Of a stretch of 64,000 bases of DNA, positions 26,286-38,700 are shown in pieces. The notes beneath the pieces are model-generated. The model was not told the origin of the DNA. It ran no database searches and worked only from the letters and a program-made list of their open reading frames with translations. The translations under genes were made by a program, and so were the position numbers. Source of the stretch: Calditrichales bacterium (GTDB lineage Bacteria; Calditrichota; Calditrichia; Calditrichales; J004); assembly GCA_015493745.1 (NCBI GenBank), contig WGCN01000029.1, positions 5,137 through 69,136 on the forward strand. Direction: 5' to 3'. How positions within the stretch are numbered: the first letter of the stretch is position 1; every line of letters starts with the position of its first letter.

Positions 26286-29200
26286 TTAAGGCTTCCGTGA
26301 CCGGCGCGCCGGGCGTTTGGCGGCACGCGGGCCGCGTTCCACTTTCTCAATCTTCGGCTTGGCTTTAATGCCGCTGGCTTTGGCCACCTCCACGGCATCG
26401 GCCAGTTCGGCAACGGTCGGTTTTTCGAACAGGGTCAGCAGCGGCAGTTCGATGTCAAAGGTTTCCCTTATGCGCGACATAAACTGTGTGGCCAGCAGGG
26501 AGTGGCCGCCCAGGTCAAAAAAGTTATCAAAGACCCCCACCTTTTCATGGTGCAACAGCGCGGCCACAATCGTGACCAGGGTTTCTTCAATCTCGTTGCG
26601 TGGCGCCATATACTCCACGGTCAGGGTGGCACGATCCCGCTGCGGCAAGGGCAGGGCTTTGCGATCCACCTTGCCGTTGGGAGTCAGCGGCATGCTCTCC
26701 AACAGCATAAAATCGGCCGGTACCATATAATCGGGCAAGTGCTTTTTCAGATGGGCGATGACCGGCGCCGGATCACTATTTTCCTTTTCCGCGGCCACCC
26801 AATAGGCCACCAGCCGGTTCTCACCCCCCGCATCGGGCCACACGGTTACAAATTGATCGCGTACCAGCGGCGATTGGCTCATCACCGCCTCTATTTCGCC
26901 CAGTTCGATACGGAAACCGCGTACTTTGACCTGGTCATCTATTCGGCCCAGGAATTCCAGTTGACCGTCCGGCCGCCGCCGCACCAGATCCCCGGTGCGA
27001 TATAGCCGTTCACCGGGATTATCGGCGTAAGGGTGGGGGACAAATTTTTCCACGGTCAGTTCCGGCCGGTTATGATAACCGCGGGCCACACCGGTTCCCG
27101 ACACGCACAACTCACCGGGAACACCGGTTGCAACCGGGTTGAGCTTATCATCCAGTACGTAGGTTTTAAAATTGGCGTTGGCCATGCCGATGGGCGGCGT
27201 GGAGCTGTAGTTTCCTTCGCAGCGGTGCATGGTGGCGCAGACGGTGGTTTCCGTGGGGCCGTAGGCGTTGAAGAAACGGCGATCCCGGCTCCACTTATTG
27301 ACCAGGGGGCCGGGGACGGCCTCACCGGCGGTAATGATTGTCGTTAAATCCGGCAGTTGTTTATCCGGCCAAACCGCCAAAACGGAAGGCGGCAGGGTAA
27401 TGGTGGTAACCTTTTGCTCTTCCAGAAGGGTGGTTAACGCTTCAGCGTCGGCAATGGTCTCTTTCGAGGTCAGCACCAGCGCGGAACCGGAAAGCAGGGC
27501 CATCAGAAACTCCCAGGTGGCGGCGTCGAAACTGAGTGAGGCAAATTGCAGGATGCGACTGCCGGGGCCGGTTTCAAAGGCCTGTTGTTGCAGGGCGGCC
27601 AGATTGCAGGCGCCGCCGTGATGCAGCAGCGTGCCCTTGGGCCGGCCGCTGGAACCGGAAGTGTAGATGACATAGGCGAGATTGTCGGCATGCAGGCTAA
27701 CCCGGGGGGACTCCTCACTAAAACCGGCAAAGGCCTCGCTCCGGTCAACCGTGATGGTTTCTACCCGCTCATGGGTAAAAAGCGCCGACAGTTTTTCGCT
27801 GGTTACGATCTTTTGCAGACCGGAATCCCCGATCATGTAGGCGATACGCTCCCGGGGATATTGCGGATCGATGGGCAGATAGGCGGCGCCGCTTTTCAGG
27901 ATGCCCAGCATGGCAATGATCATTTCCGGGCCGCGTTCCACGGAGATGCCGATGATCTCTTCCCGCCGTACCCCGTCCTGAAGCAGCATATGCGCCAGAC
28001 GGTTGGCGGCGCGGTTCAGTTGCTCATAGGAGAGGATGACACTCTCCCTGCCGGGAGCGGACTGGAAAATAAGGGCCGGTTCACCGGGATGGCGTTGCGC
28101 CATGTCCTCGAACTTACCGGGGACGGTATGGGGTCCCCCGAATTCCGTTTCCGTTTGGTTGCCGTCCCGCAACAAGCGCTTTTTCTCTTCTTCGTCAAGG
28201 TATTCCGCTTCATCCACGGGAACTTCGATGTCTTCCAATACAGTATGCAGAATATTCTCAAAATGACCCATCATGCGCCGGATGGTTTCTTCACGGAAAA
28301 GGTCGCTGTTGTATTCAAACTGCCAGGCCATCGACTCGCCGGGGCTCACCGTAACCGACAGGTCGAATTTCGCGGTATGGGATGTATGTTCCAGAGCTTC
28401 CAGTTGAATGCCGGAAACCTCCACCGCGCTCTGCGGCAGGTTCTGATAGACGAACATAACCTGAAAAATGGGTGAGCGGCTGGTATCGCGCCGGGTGACC
28501 AGGGCGTCCACAATCTGCTCGAAGGGCACATCCTGATGGGCGTAAGCCTCCAGCATAAAATCACGTACCTCTAGTACCAGCGTTTCAAAATCGGGTTGGC
28601 CGCTGAAGTCGCTTTTCAGTATCAGGTTATTGACAAAAAAACCGATCAGCTTTTCCGTGCCGCTGTGGTTGCGGTTGGCGATGGGTGAACCGACGATGAT
28701 CTCGTCTTGCCGGCTATAACGGTGCAGCAGTGTTTGAAATGCGGCCAGCATGAACATAAAGGGGGTTACGCCGAGGGCGGCGCTTTCTTCACGGATGCGG
28801 GCGCTGAGCTCAGGCGAAAGGGTTTGCTGCACGGCGGCGCCGTTAAAGGTTTGCACGGCGGGCCGGGGAAAATCGTAAGGCAGTTCCAGCACCGGCGGGT
28901 TGTTGCCCAGGGAGGAACGCCAAAAATCGATCTGCCGCTCAAGAACCTCGCCCTGAAGCCATTGCTGCTGCCACAGGGCATAGTCGGCGTACTGCACTTC
29001 CAGGGGCGGAAGCTGGGCCGTTTTTTGCTCGCTGAAGGCGCGGTAAAGTTCGGCCATCTCGGAGATAAAGACCCCCATGGACCAGCCGTCGGCTATGGTG
29101 TGGTGCAGGGTGAGGGTGAAAATATGCGAGCCGGGACTTAGCACATGCAGACAGCTATGCCACAAGGGGCCGCGGGCCAGGTTGAAAACCTGACGGGCCG

Positions 29201-32200
29201 CCGCCTGTACCGCCCGGGATATTTTTTCATCCCGCTCCTCCGGGGATAGAGCCGAATGGTCTTCCACGGAAAAGGGCAGGGGGGCCTGATCATGAATCAC
29301 CTGTACCGGTTTTCCGCCGTTATCGGCAAAGGTGGTCCGCAGCACTTCATGCCGGCGGACGATGGCGGCCAGGGCCTTTTCCAGGGCGTCGACGTTCAGC
29401 GGGCCCTTGATGGCAAAGGCCGCCGGAATATTGTAAAAGGTACCGCCAGGTTGTAACTGATCCAAAAACCACAAACGCTGCTGGGCAAAGGAAAGCGGAA
29501 TATCCGCCGGACGGTCCATCGCTTTTAACGGGGGCAGGGTATACCCTTTTTCGGAATTCATTTCCTCCTCGATGAGCCGGGCCAGCCAGGCAATGGTCGG
29601 TTGCTCAAACAGGCGACGCAAGGGAATCTCCACATCAAAGGCGTCACGTATGCGGGAAACCAGCTGGGTGGCCAGCAGGGAGTGTCCGCCGATGTGAAAG
29701 AAATTATCGTTAACGGAGATGTTTTCCATATTCAGCACATCGCGCCACAGGGCCAGCAGCAGCTCCTGAACCGGTGTGGCCGCCGTCGTGTCCGTTGCCG
29801 TGCCCGCCTGTTCAAAATCGGGCTCGGGCAGGGCGCGGCGGTTAACCTTGCCGTTATGGGTCAGCGGAAAGGCGTCCATAAGGGTGAACGATGCGGGTTG
29901 CATATATTCCGGCAGCCGTTCCCGCAGGTCGTTCCGTAGTTTATCCACGTCAAAATCATCCGTGGCGGGAACAACGTAGGCCGCCAGCCGAAGACTTTGC
30001 GGATCGGCGCCGACGGCACGTACCACGGCTTCCTTAACGCTCTTTTCCCGGAGAAGGGCGGCTTCAATCTCGCCCAGTTCGATGCGGTTGCCGCGGATCT
30101 TAACCTGAAAATCGATGCGCCCGATAAACTCTATGGTGCCGTCATCCAGCCAGCGGGCCAGATCGCCGGAAAGGTATAAACGGCTGTCGCCGTCGGCGGA
30201 AAAAGGATTGGCCACAAAACGCTCGGCCGTCAGTTCGCTGCGGTGCAGATAGCCGTAGGCCAGGCCGGGACTCTCGATACACAGTTCCCCGGGAACGCCC
30301 ACCGGCTGCGGATGCATAAAGGGGTCGACGATGTAAATACGGTCATTGTAAATAGGCTTCCCGATGGGAGCGGTATGCGTCTCATCGGACAGGGATTCCA
30401 CTTGTCCCCAGACGCAGCCGATGGTTGCTTCCGTCGGGCCGTAACCGTTAAAAAAACGGCAGCGTTTCATCCATTGCCGGGCCAGGGGGACGGGACAGGC
30501 TTCACCCACGGAGATCACCGTTTCCAGGTGGGGCAGCTTCACATCGGTGAGCAGTGTCAGCAACGAAGGCGGCAGGGTGACATAGCTGATCCTGTGCCCG
30601 TTTAAAAAGGCGGTGAATTCATCCCTGGAGAGAATGGTTTCCTTTTCGATGATATAGAGGGCGGCGCCGCTGAGCAGGGCGGAAAAAACCTCACTGACGG
30701 CGGCGTCAAAGCTGTAACTGGCAAATTGCAAACCGCGCGATTCCGGGGTGATGCGGAAATCGAGCTGTTGGGCATAAATGGTATTGATCAACCCTTGATG
30801 ATGCAGTAAGACGCCCTTGGGCTTGCCGGTAGAGCCTGATGTATAGATGATATAGGCCGTTTCCGGGCTTTCAATTTTCAGGTTAAGATTGCTTTCGTCC
30901 TGCTCCGCGCCGTTCAGCTCTTCCGGGAACAGGGTGCGGAGGGAGGCGGTATCGATTTTGTCCATCAGCACCGCATCGGTAATCAGCACCTGTACCCCGG
31001 CGTCCTTCAGCATGTAGTTGATGCGTTCGGCGGGATAATCGGCGTCAATGGGCACATAGGCCGCCGCGCATTTCAATATGGCCAGGGTGGCGATAATCAT
31101 CTCCGGGGAACGTGGCAGGCAAAGAGCCACATAGTCGCCACGCTGCACGCCGTGGCTTTGCAATACACGCGCCCAGCGATTGGCCCGGGCGTTAAGGGTA
31201 CGGTAGTCCAGCTTTTGTTCATGGTGCACCACGGCCGCATGATCCGGATATTGCTCCACAATGGCCTCGAAAAGGCTGACCACGGACTGATCCAGGGGGA
31301 AATCCCGCGCCGTATCGTTCCACGCCGTCAATACCTGTTTGCTCTCGGCGGGGGTAAGCAGGGAAATATCCCGGAGTAGCAGTTGTGGATTCCCGGCCAT
31401 CAGTTCCAGCACCCGCAGCATGTGTCCGGCCAGGCGGTCCACGGCGGTTTCCGGCAGGCGTCCGCTGTCAAAAGCCATTTCCATGGCAATGGGGTTGCCG
31501 GGAGCGGCCACGATGGTCAACGGATAGTTGCTGCGTTCGATCATCCGCACATCACTGACGGAAAGGTCGGACTTCTGCTGTTGCATGGTTTCGCCGACGG
31601 GATAGTTTTCAAAAACAAAAAGTGTTTCGAACAGGGGCTGATCGGCGCTCAGTTCGCTGGCTTTTTGTATTTCCACCAACGGGGTGAATTCCCAGGCCCG
31701 GGCTTCGTTTTGTTCGGCATGCAGTTGTTTTAAAAAGTTTTGCAGACTGTCCGCGTAGTTTATGCGCGCCCGTACCGGCAGGGTGTTGATAAACAGGCCG
31801 ACCATGGTTTCAATCCCCGGAATTTCGGCCGGGCGTCCGGAAACGGTGGCGCCGAAGACAACATCGTCGCTGCGGTTGTAAATGGCCTGAACCAGGGCCC
31901 AGGCGCCCTGCATAATCGTATTGAGCGTGATGCGCATCTCCCGGGCCAGAGTATGCAGCTTGTCGCTGGACTCCGGGGAAAGGGTGTAGCGTTTTTTCAG
32001 ATAGGGCTGATTCTCTTGCGGCATATTGCGATCCACCACCAGGGCGGTGGGGCTGTAAAATCCCCGCAACCGTTCGCGCCAGAAGGAGGCAGCCTGGTCC
32101 TTGTCTTGCTCCTGTAGCCAGGCGATATAGTTTTTAAAGGGCAGGGTGGGCGGCAGATGCGGTGCCAGCCCCTTGTCCAGGCGGTCATACAGTTGAAAAA

Positions 32201-32669
32201 CCTCACCGAGCACCAGCGGCATGGCCCAGCCGTCCAGCAGGATGTGGTGATAGGTAAAGATAAAGGCGTGTGCCTCCGGGGAAAGCCGGATCAGGATAAT
32301 GCGCAGCAGGGGAGCGTCGGTCAGTTCAAAACCCCGGTCACGCTCCCTGAGTCGCAAATCATCCAGGGCTCTGTTTTGTGCTTCGGTGTCGCGGTCGCTC
32401 CAATCCAAAAGTTCAAAGGGCAGTTCCAGGCTTTCATGCACCACCTGCAACGGTTCCTCCACATCTTCCCATACAAAGGCGGTGCGCAGCACGTCATGGC
32501 GGTTAAGCACCGCCTGCCAGGCATTCTTAAAAGCACCGGTGTTTAAGGTGCCGTTAAAAACAGCGCTCATCTGTTCGGTGTAATTACCGCTCTCCGGTGC
32601 GTAAAGGGTGTGAAACAGCATACCCTGCTGCATGGGTGACAAAGGATAAATATCTTGAATGTTTTCCAT
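26286..32669 (-). CDS. NRPS, modules 8-9 (DCL-type C-A-T-C-A-T)
   Basis: The N-terminus IQDIYPLSPMQQGMLFH is the type seen after E domains. HHILLDGWA and HHTIADGWS. Carriers GGHSLLATQ x2. Codes DASTIVGIGK (unassigned) and DAWTIAAVCK (Phe). Basic C-terminal tail RGPRAAKRPARRSRKP. Confidence 0.97.
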   Translation of the reverse strand: MENIQDIYPLSPMQQGMLFHTLYAPESGNYTEQMSAVFNGTLNTGAFKNAWQAVLNRHDVLRTAFVWEDVEEPLQVVHESLELPFELLDWSDRDTEAQNRALDDLRLRERDRGFELTDAPLLRIILIRLSPEAHAFIFTYHHILLDGWAMPLVLGEVFQLYDRLDKGLAPHLPPTLPFKNYIAWLQEQDKDQAASFWRERLRGFYSPTALVVDRNMPQENQPYLKKRYTLSPESSDKLHTLAREMRITLNTIMQGAWALVQAIYNRSDDVVFGATVSGRPAEIPGIETMVGLFINTLPVRARINYADSLQNFLKQLHAEQNEARAWEFTPLVEIQKASELSADQPLFETLFVFENYPVGETMQQQKSDLSVSDVRMIERSNYPLTIVAAPGNPIAMEMAFDSGRLPETAVDRLAGHMLRVLELMAGNPQLLLRDISLLTPAESKQVLTAWNDTARDFPLDQSVVSLFEAIVEQYPDHAAVVHHEQKLDYRTLNARANRWARVLQSHGVQRGDYVALCLPRSPEMIIATLAILKCAAAYVPIDADYPAERINYMLKDAGVQVLITDAVLMDKIDTASLRTLFPEELNGAEQDESNLNLKIESPETAYIIYTSGSTGKPKGVLLHHQGLINTIYAQQLDFRITPESRGLQFASYSFDAAVSEVFSALLSGAALYIIEKETILSRDEFTAFLNGHRISYVTLPPSLLTLLTDVKLPHLETVISVGEACPVPLARQWMKRCRFFNGYGPTEATIGCVWGQVESLSDETHTAPIGKPIYNDRIYIVDPFMHPQPVGVPGELCIESPGLAYGYLHRSELTAERFVANPFSADGDSRLYLSGDLARWLDDGTIEFIGRIDFQVKIRGNRIELGEIEAALLREKSVKEAVVRAVGADPQSLRLAAYVVPATDDFDVDKLRNDLRERLPEYMQPASFTLMDAFPLTHNGKVNRRALPEPDFEQAGTATDTTAATPVQELLLALWRDVLNMENISVNDNFFHIGGHSLLATQLVSRIRDAFDVEIPLRRLFEQPTIAWLARLIEEEMNSEKGYTLPPLKAMDRPADIPLSFAQQRLWFLDQLQPGGTFYNIPAAFAIKGPLNVDALEKALAAIVRRHEVLRTTFADNGGKPVQVIHDQAPLPFSVEDHSALSPEERDEKISRAVQAAARQVFNLARGPLWHSCLHVLSPGSHIFTLTLHHTIADGWSMGVFISEMAELYRAFSEQKTAQLPPLEVQYADYALWQQQWLQGEVLERQIDFWRSSLGNNPPVLELPYDFPRPAVQTFNGAAVQQTLSPELSARIREESAALGVTPFMFMLAAFQTLLHRYSRQDEIIVGSPIANRNHSGTEKLIGFFVNNLILKSDFSGQPDFETLVLEVRDFMLEAYAHQDVPFEQIVDALVTRRDTSRSPIFQVMFVYQNLPQSAVEVSGIQLEALEHTSHTAKFDLSVTVSPGESMAWQFEYNSDLFREETIRRMMGHFENILHTVLEDIEVPVDEAEYLDEEEKKRLLRDGNQTETEFGGPHTVPGKFEDMAQRHPGEPALIFQSAPGRESVILSYEQLNRAANRLAHMLLQDGVRREEIIGISVERGPEMIIAMLGILKSGAAYLPIDPQYPRERIAYMIGDSGLQKIVTSEKLSALFTHERVETITVDRSEAFAGFSEESPRVSLHADNLAYVIYTSGSSGRPKGTLLHHGGACNLAALQQQAFETGPGSRILQFASLSFDAATWEFLMALLSGSALVLTSKETIADAEALTTLLEEQKVTTITLPPSVLAVWPDKQLPDLTTIITAGEAVPGPLVNKWSRDRRFFNAYGPTETTVCATMHRCEGNYSSTPPIGMANANFKTYVLDDKLNPVATGVPGELCVSGTGVARGYHNRPELTVEKFVPHPYADNPGERLYRTGDLVRRRPDGQLEFLGRIDDQVKVRGFRIELGEIEAVMSQSPLVRDQFVTVWPDAGGENRLVAYWVAAEKENSDPAPVIAHLKKHLPDYMVPADFMLLESMPLTPNGKVDRKALPLPQRDRATLTVEYMAPRNEIEETLVTIVAALLHHEKVGVFDNFFDLGGHSLLATQFMSRIRETFDIELPLLTLFEKPTVAELADAVEVAKASGIKAKPKIEKVERGPRAAKRPARRSRKP

Positions 32670-32726
32670 AGAAATAATCGTAAATCCTCATTGATTAGCT
32701 TTTAAAAAGGAGCCCGGCGGCGCCGG

Positions 32727-35700
32727 TTAACGGCGGCGGCCCTTTTTCTTTTTCCCCAATTGACCCAGGACTTTGTCGAGTTTTTTGTTATCCAGTCCGG
32801 CCATTTTAAAGTCGGAAGCGGTTTTGACGGCCGCCTGCGGATTCTTACAATGCTCCAATATCCCGCGGAGCTCCGCGATAAAGTCCTCAGCCCAGGAACG
32901 GATCGTTTCCTCGCGATGGAGTTCCCGGCTGTAACTGAACGTAAATTTAAGTATTCCGGCGCTGATCTGGCCGTTTATTTCCACGGCGGCCAGCCGCTCG
33001 GCGCCGGGATCATGATCCGGCCCCTGCCAGCTCCCGGATTCCCGGAACGGGCCTTCTTCCTCACCGCCGTCAAATTGTCCCAGATAGTTAAATATTATCT
33101 GCATCTTGTCCAACGGCTTTAGCGCATCCCGCATGGTTTTATCAGCAGACAAATAACGTAACACACCGAAACTTAGTCCATTGTGCGGAATCGCATGAAA
33201 CTGCTCTTTTATCGCTTTGATCTGCTCGCCGGTATCAACCGCCTTGCCCAGATCCAGCAACAGAGGATAAAGGGCGGTGAACCAGCCGATGGTATGGGAA
33301 ACATCCAGACTTTCCCGTATCTGTTCCCGGCCATGTCCTTCCAGATGAAGCAACATGCGCCGCTGCCCGCTCCATTTCCCGTAAGCGCGGATCAAGGCGC
33401 TGAGCAGAAGATCATTGATTTCCGTGTTGTAAGCCTTGTGCGCTTCACCGGTCAGCAACCGGCTTTGTTCGGCATCCAGGGAGACACTGATGTCGGCCTT
33501 GTCCTTTTCCAGATTGCGACCCCCGTTATAATCAACGGGTATTTGGGGCAGATTCTTACGACTCATGGCCTGCCAATAGGGGGCGTCTTCGCGGGCCTTG
33601 TCTGCCGCAAACTCCATTAAGGCCGCCGCCCATTGACGGTAGGAGCTGGTTTTTGCGGAAAGAATAATCTCCTGATCCAGGACGGCCAGGGCATAGGCCT
33701 GTTGAAAATCCTCCAGCAGGATTCGCCAACTGACGCCATCCATGGCCAGGTGATGAACGATAATGGCCAGATGGTCGTCCTTCTCTCCCCGGAAATACAA
33801 CACCTTTACGATGGGGCCCTTTTCCAGGTCGAATGAAGCCTGGGCCCGACGGCAATGACCTTCGATCTCATTATTTTCGTCACCGGAAAGGGCTATCTCT
33901 TCCAGTACGGCGTCGATGGCCGTGTTGTCGTCATAAAAGGCCTGCCGCCCTTCCCCGGAACTCCGGAACCGTAAACGCAGGGCGTCATGACGGGCGATCA
34001 GGGCCTGTACGGTTTTATGAAGGGCCGTGCTTTGCAGTTTTTCCGTCAGTTGGAACAGCACCGACTGATTCCAGTGCTGCATATGGGTTAAATTCCGCTC
34101 AAAGAAAAAATGCTGAATGGGCGTCAGGGGAAGTTCACCGCTTAGAACCCCTTCCTCGGTGTCCGTTTCCTTTCCTTTTTGGGCCACCAGCGCCAACTGG
34201 GCAATGGTCTGGTTCTGGAACATCTGCATGGGGGTCAGAAACAGCCCCTGCTCCCGGGCGCGGGAGATGACCTGGATGCTCATGATCGAATCCCCGCCCA
34301 GTTCAAAAAAGTTGTCATGGATGCCGACCTGTTTGATTTTCAGCACACCGCAAACGATATCGGCCAGAATCTTTTCATTCTCCGTGGAGGGTGCTACAAA
34401 TTTTGTTTCCAACTCCGGACGCGTATTATCGGGAAGGGGCAGGGCCTTGATGTCAATTTTTTTGTTGGGCGTCAGAGGAAAGGACTCCAGCCAGATGAAT
34501 ACGGCGGGAACCATATAATCCGGCAGGTGGGCCTTAAGAGTATCACGCAACTGGGGTACGGAGGGCCTGGCTCCTTCGCCGGCTGTCAGATAGGCCACCA
34601 GTCTTTGCATGCCCGGGCTGTCCTCACGGACGATGACCACGGCGTCCCGCACCCCGGAGGCTTCCTTCAGCCGGGATTCAATTTCACCCAGCTCGATGCG
34701 GAAGCCGCGCACCTTGACCTGATGATCTGCCCGGCCGATAAACTGTACCTGGCCGTCCCTGCGGTAACGCACAAGATCGCCCGTCCGGTACATGCGGGCG
34801 CCGGCCTTATCCGTAAACGGATCGGGAAGAAATTTTTCCGCGGTCAGTCCGGGCCGTTTCAGATAGCCCCGGGCCAGACCGGCCCCGGAGATGTAAAGTT
34901 CTCCGGCCACGCCCGGCGGTACGGGCTGCATATGGTCGTCGAGTATGTAGAAGGCGGCATTGGCCACCGGTTTGCCGATCACCGGGGTTTCGCCCGCCTC
35001 CCGGAGGTCGCAGATGGTGGAATCCACCGCGCATTCGGTGGGGCCGTACATGTTGAAGGTGGCCACATCCCGCGCTTCACGCAGTGTGTTCCATACCGAA
35101 GCGTCCAGGGCTTCGCCACCGGGCAAGAGCACCCGGGGTTTAAAGTGTTCGCCATCGAGCAGTCCGGCCTCGAGAATCAGTTTAAGTTGCGAGGGAACGC
35201 AGTCATAAACGGCAATGTGCTGTCCGCGGATGTATTCCAGCAACTGCCGGCCGTCGGCGCGGATTTCATCGGGGATGATAACCAGGCAATGTCCCAGAGC
35301 CATCATGACGATCTGCTGCATGGAAGCGTCAAAGGGCAGCGGCGCGTTAAGACTGATGCGCTGTTTCTCCGGCCCAAGGGGGGCATAGACTGTTGCCCGC
35401 AGGTTGTGCATCAGGTTGAGCGCGGCCCGGTGGCTGATCATTACCCCCTTGGGGCGCCCCGTGGAGCCGGAAGTGTAAATGACATAGGCCAGTTGGCGCG
35501 TATCCGCGACCAGGGGGGGGCAACTGTCGGTGTAGCTTTCAAAGCGCTCCCGGTCATCGATATCCACGGCCCGGGTTTGAGCCAGTTCCTCCAGGGCCAT
35601 GCCCGCGCGCATCAGGCAGAAGGCGGCCCGGGAATCCTTGAGCATGTAACTTATCCGCTCGGGAGGATAAAAGGGGTCCAGCGGCAGGTAGACGCCCCCG

Positions 35701-38700
35701 GCCTTCATTATCGCCCACAAAGCAATAAGCGCCTCCGGGGAACGGGGCATATAAACGGCGACGATGTCTTCCTTTTGCAGCCCCTGATCCAAAAGATAGC
35801 GGGCCAGACGGTTGGAACGTTTTTCCACTTCGGCAAAGCTCAGCGTCTGTTCACCCATAACGATTGCCGGGGCCGCGGGCGTTTTCGAGGCCTGCGCGGA
35901 AAAAAGAGCGGGCAGGGGGGCGTCCAGATCAAATTCCGCCGTCGTGCGGTTCCACTCCCTGAGAAGCCGGTCTTGTTCCTTGTCGCTTAAAAGCGCCAGA
36001 TCGGATATGGTGCTGTCGGGTTGACGGATAAAATTCTCCGTCAGTTGGATATAATGGCTGATCAGGGCCTCTATGGTGGCAGCGTCAAAAAGATCGGTGT
36101 TGTATTCCACATCGCCTATGATCTGTTCATCCGACTCGGTTAAATTTAAGGTCAGATCGAATTTGGACAGTTTGTTCTCCACTTCGATGAAAGCCATGTT
36201 CAGGTCACCGGAACGGGTTTCCCGCCGGGGTTGGTTTTGCAGGGCAAACATCACCTGAAACAGGGGGCTGTAACTGGGGTCGCGCACGGCATCCAAAACA
36301 TCCACAACCTTTTCAAAGGGCAGGTTTTGATGAGCAAAGGCATCAAAGGCGATGTGTTTTACCTGACGCAGATAGTCCCGTACCCGGCTAGTGGAGTCGA
36401 CACGGCTGCGCAGAACCAGGGTGTTGACAAAAAAACCGATCAGCGGTTCCAGTTCCGACAGGGGGCGGTTGGCAACCGGCGTACCCACGCTTATGTCATC
36501 CTGACCGCTGTATTTGGACAGCAGAATCTTGAACAGCCCCAGGGTGGTCATAAATAGCGTCAGCCCCTCCCGGCGTGAGAAATCGTTAAGGGCGGCCGAT
36601 GTTTGCGGCGAGAGTTTAAAATAGATATGGGCACCGTTATAGCTTTGAACCGCCGGACGCGGCCGGTCGGCGGGCAGCTCCAGCAAAGCCGGGGCGCCGG
36701 CCAGGGTTTGCCTCCAGAAGGCACTCAGTTGTTCGAGGGGCTCTCCCCGCAGCCACTGCCGCTGCCACCGGGCATAATCTTTATACTGTACCGGAAGCGC
36801 CGGCAATGACAGCTTCTCATCCTTGTCAAAATGGGCGTAGTATTGGCCGATTTCATAAAACAGAATATTGACCGACCAGCCGTCCGATATGATGTGGTGC
36901 ATATTCAGCAATAAGACCGATTCCCCGGCGGCCATACGGATAATGTGTACGTGAAAAAGCGGCGGCCGCGCTAAATCGAAGGAGCGGCGGGCCTCCCGGA
37001 AAATAGCCTGCCGGATGTGTGATTCCTGTTCATCCGCCGGCAGCGCGGAGATATCCTCCTCGCTCAGCGGGAGGGGAACCGCGTCGGTCACAAAGACCTC
37101 CGGCTGGCCCGCGCTGGTTCTGAATCCGGTGCGGAAGGACTCCTGCCGGCGGATGATCTCTTCCAGGGCCCGGCCAAAGGCTTCCCGGTTCAGGCGACCC
37201 GAGGCGCGGATGGCCACGGGAATATTGTATTGCGGGCTGCCGGGCTCCAGTTGATCCAGAAACCAGAGCCGCTGCTGGGAAAAGGATAGCACCAGGGGGT
37301 GTTCATCACCGGTGGCGGTCAGGGGCGGCAGTTTTATGGCCGCCGGTGAATCGGCGCTGGTTTCGATACGCCGGGCCAGATCCTGCACGGTATGTGTTTC
37401 GAAAATGGCGCGGACTTCCAGTTCAATGTCAAAAACATCGCGGATGCGTGAAATCAATCGCGTGGCCAGCAGGGAATGGCCTCCCAGATCAAAAAAGCTG
37501 TCGTTCCGCCCCACCTTATCCACGGAAAGCAGTCCGGCGAAAATGGCGGCCAGTTCGCGCTCCGTTTCTCCCTCGGGGGCCACATATTCCTTTTCACTTT
37601 CGATGGTCACATCCATGGCCAGCAGGGCGCGCCGGTCTACCTTGCCGCTGGGGGAGAGGGGAATGGCCTGTAAAAACAGAAACAGGCCGGGCACCATGTA
37701 GTCGGGCAGATTGCGGGCCAGGGATTGGCGCAGCGTCTCCTCATCCGTTTCATCGGCAAGCTGTACATAAGCCACCAGCCGTTGATCATCCGCGCCAAAA
37801 TCCTTAACCAACACCACGGCGTCGGCCACGGCTTCCATATTCTTCAGGGCGTTTTCGATTTCACCCAGTTCAATGCGCAGGCCGCGCAGCTTTACCTGAT
37901 GATCGATACGTCCCAGGAACTCCACGGCGCCGTTTTCCATAAATCGGGCCAGATCGCCGGTGCGGTACAAACGGCTTCCGGGCCGGTCGCTGAAAGGATC
38001 GGGGATAAATTTCTCCGCGGTCAGCTCCGGCCGCCGGTGGTAGCTGCGTGCCAGTTGCACTCCGCCGATAAGCAATTCTCCGGCAACACCGGGGGGTAAA
38101 AGATGCTGTTGGCTGTCAACGATATAGATTTGGGTATTGGCAATGGCCTGTCCGATGGGCGTGCTGCCATGCTGGTCATCGGCATGACACAGCCATTGGG
38201 TCACATCCACCGCCGCTTCCGTGGGGCCGTAGAGGTTATGCAGCTCCGCCGTGCTGGCCCGGTAAAATTGTTGTACCAACTCGCGGGAAAGGGCTTCGCC
38301 GGAGCAGATTACCCGTTTTAACGCCGTGCAGGAAGAGATATCCGCGCTGTTGAGAAAGGCCTGCAACATGGAGGGCACAAAGTGGATGGTGGTGATCTTT
38401 TCGGTCGCCATCAGTTGCCGCAGATAGGCGGGATCCTTATGACCGCCGGGTTTGGCGATCACCAGGGTCGCCCCGCATTGCAGGGGCCAGAAAAACTCCC
38501 AGACGGAAACATCGAAACTGTAAGGGGTTTTTTGCAGCACGCGGTCTTCTGCGGTTAAACCGTATTTTTCCTGCATCCATTGCAGGCGGTTCCAGATGGC
38601 GCGGTGGCTGATAACCACCCCCTTGGGCCTGCCGGTGGAACCCGAAGTGTAAATCATATAGGCCGCCTGATCGACATCCCGCTCCACGGGGCGTAAAGGG

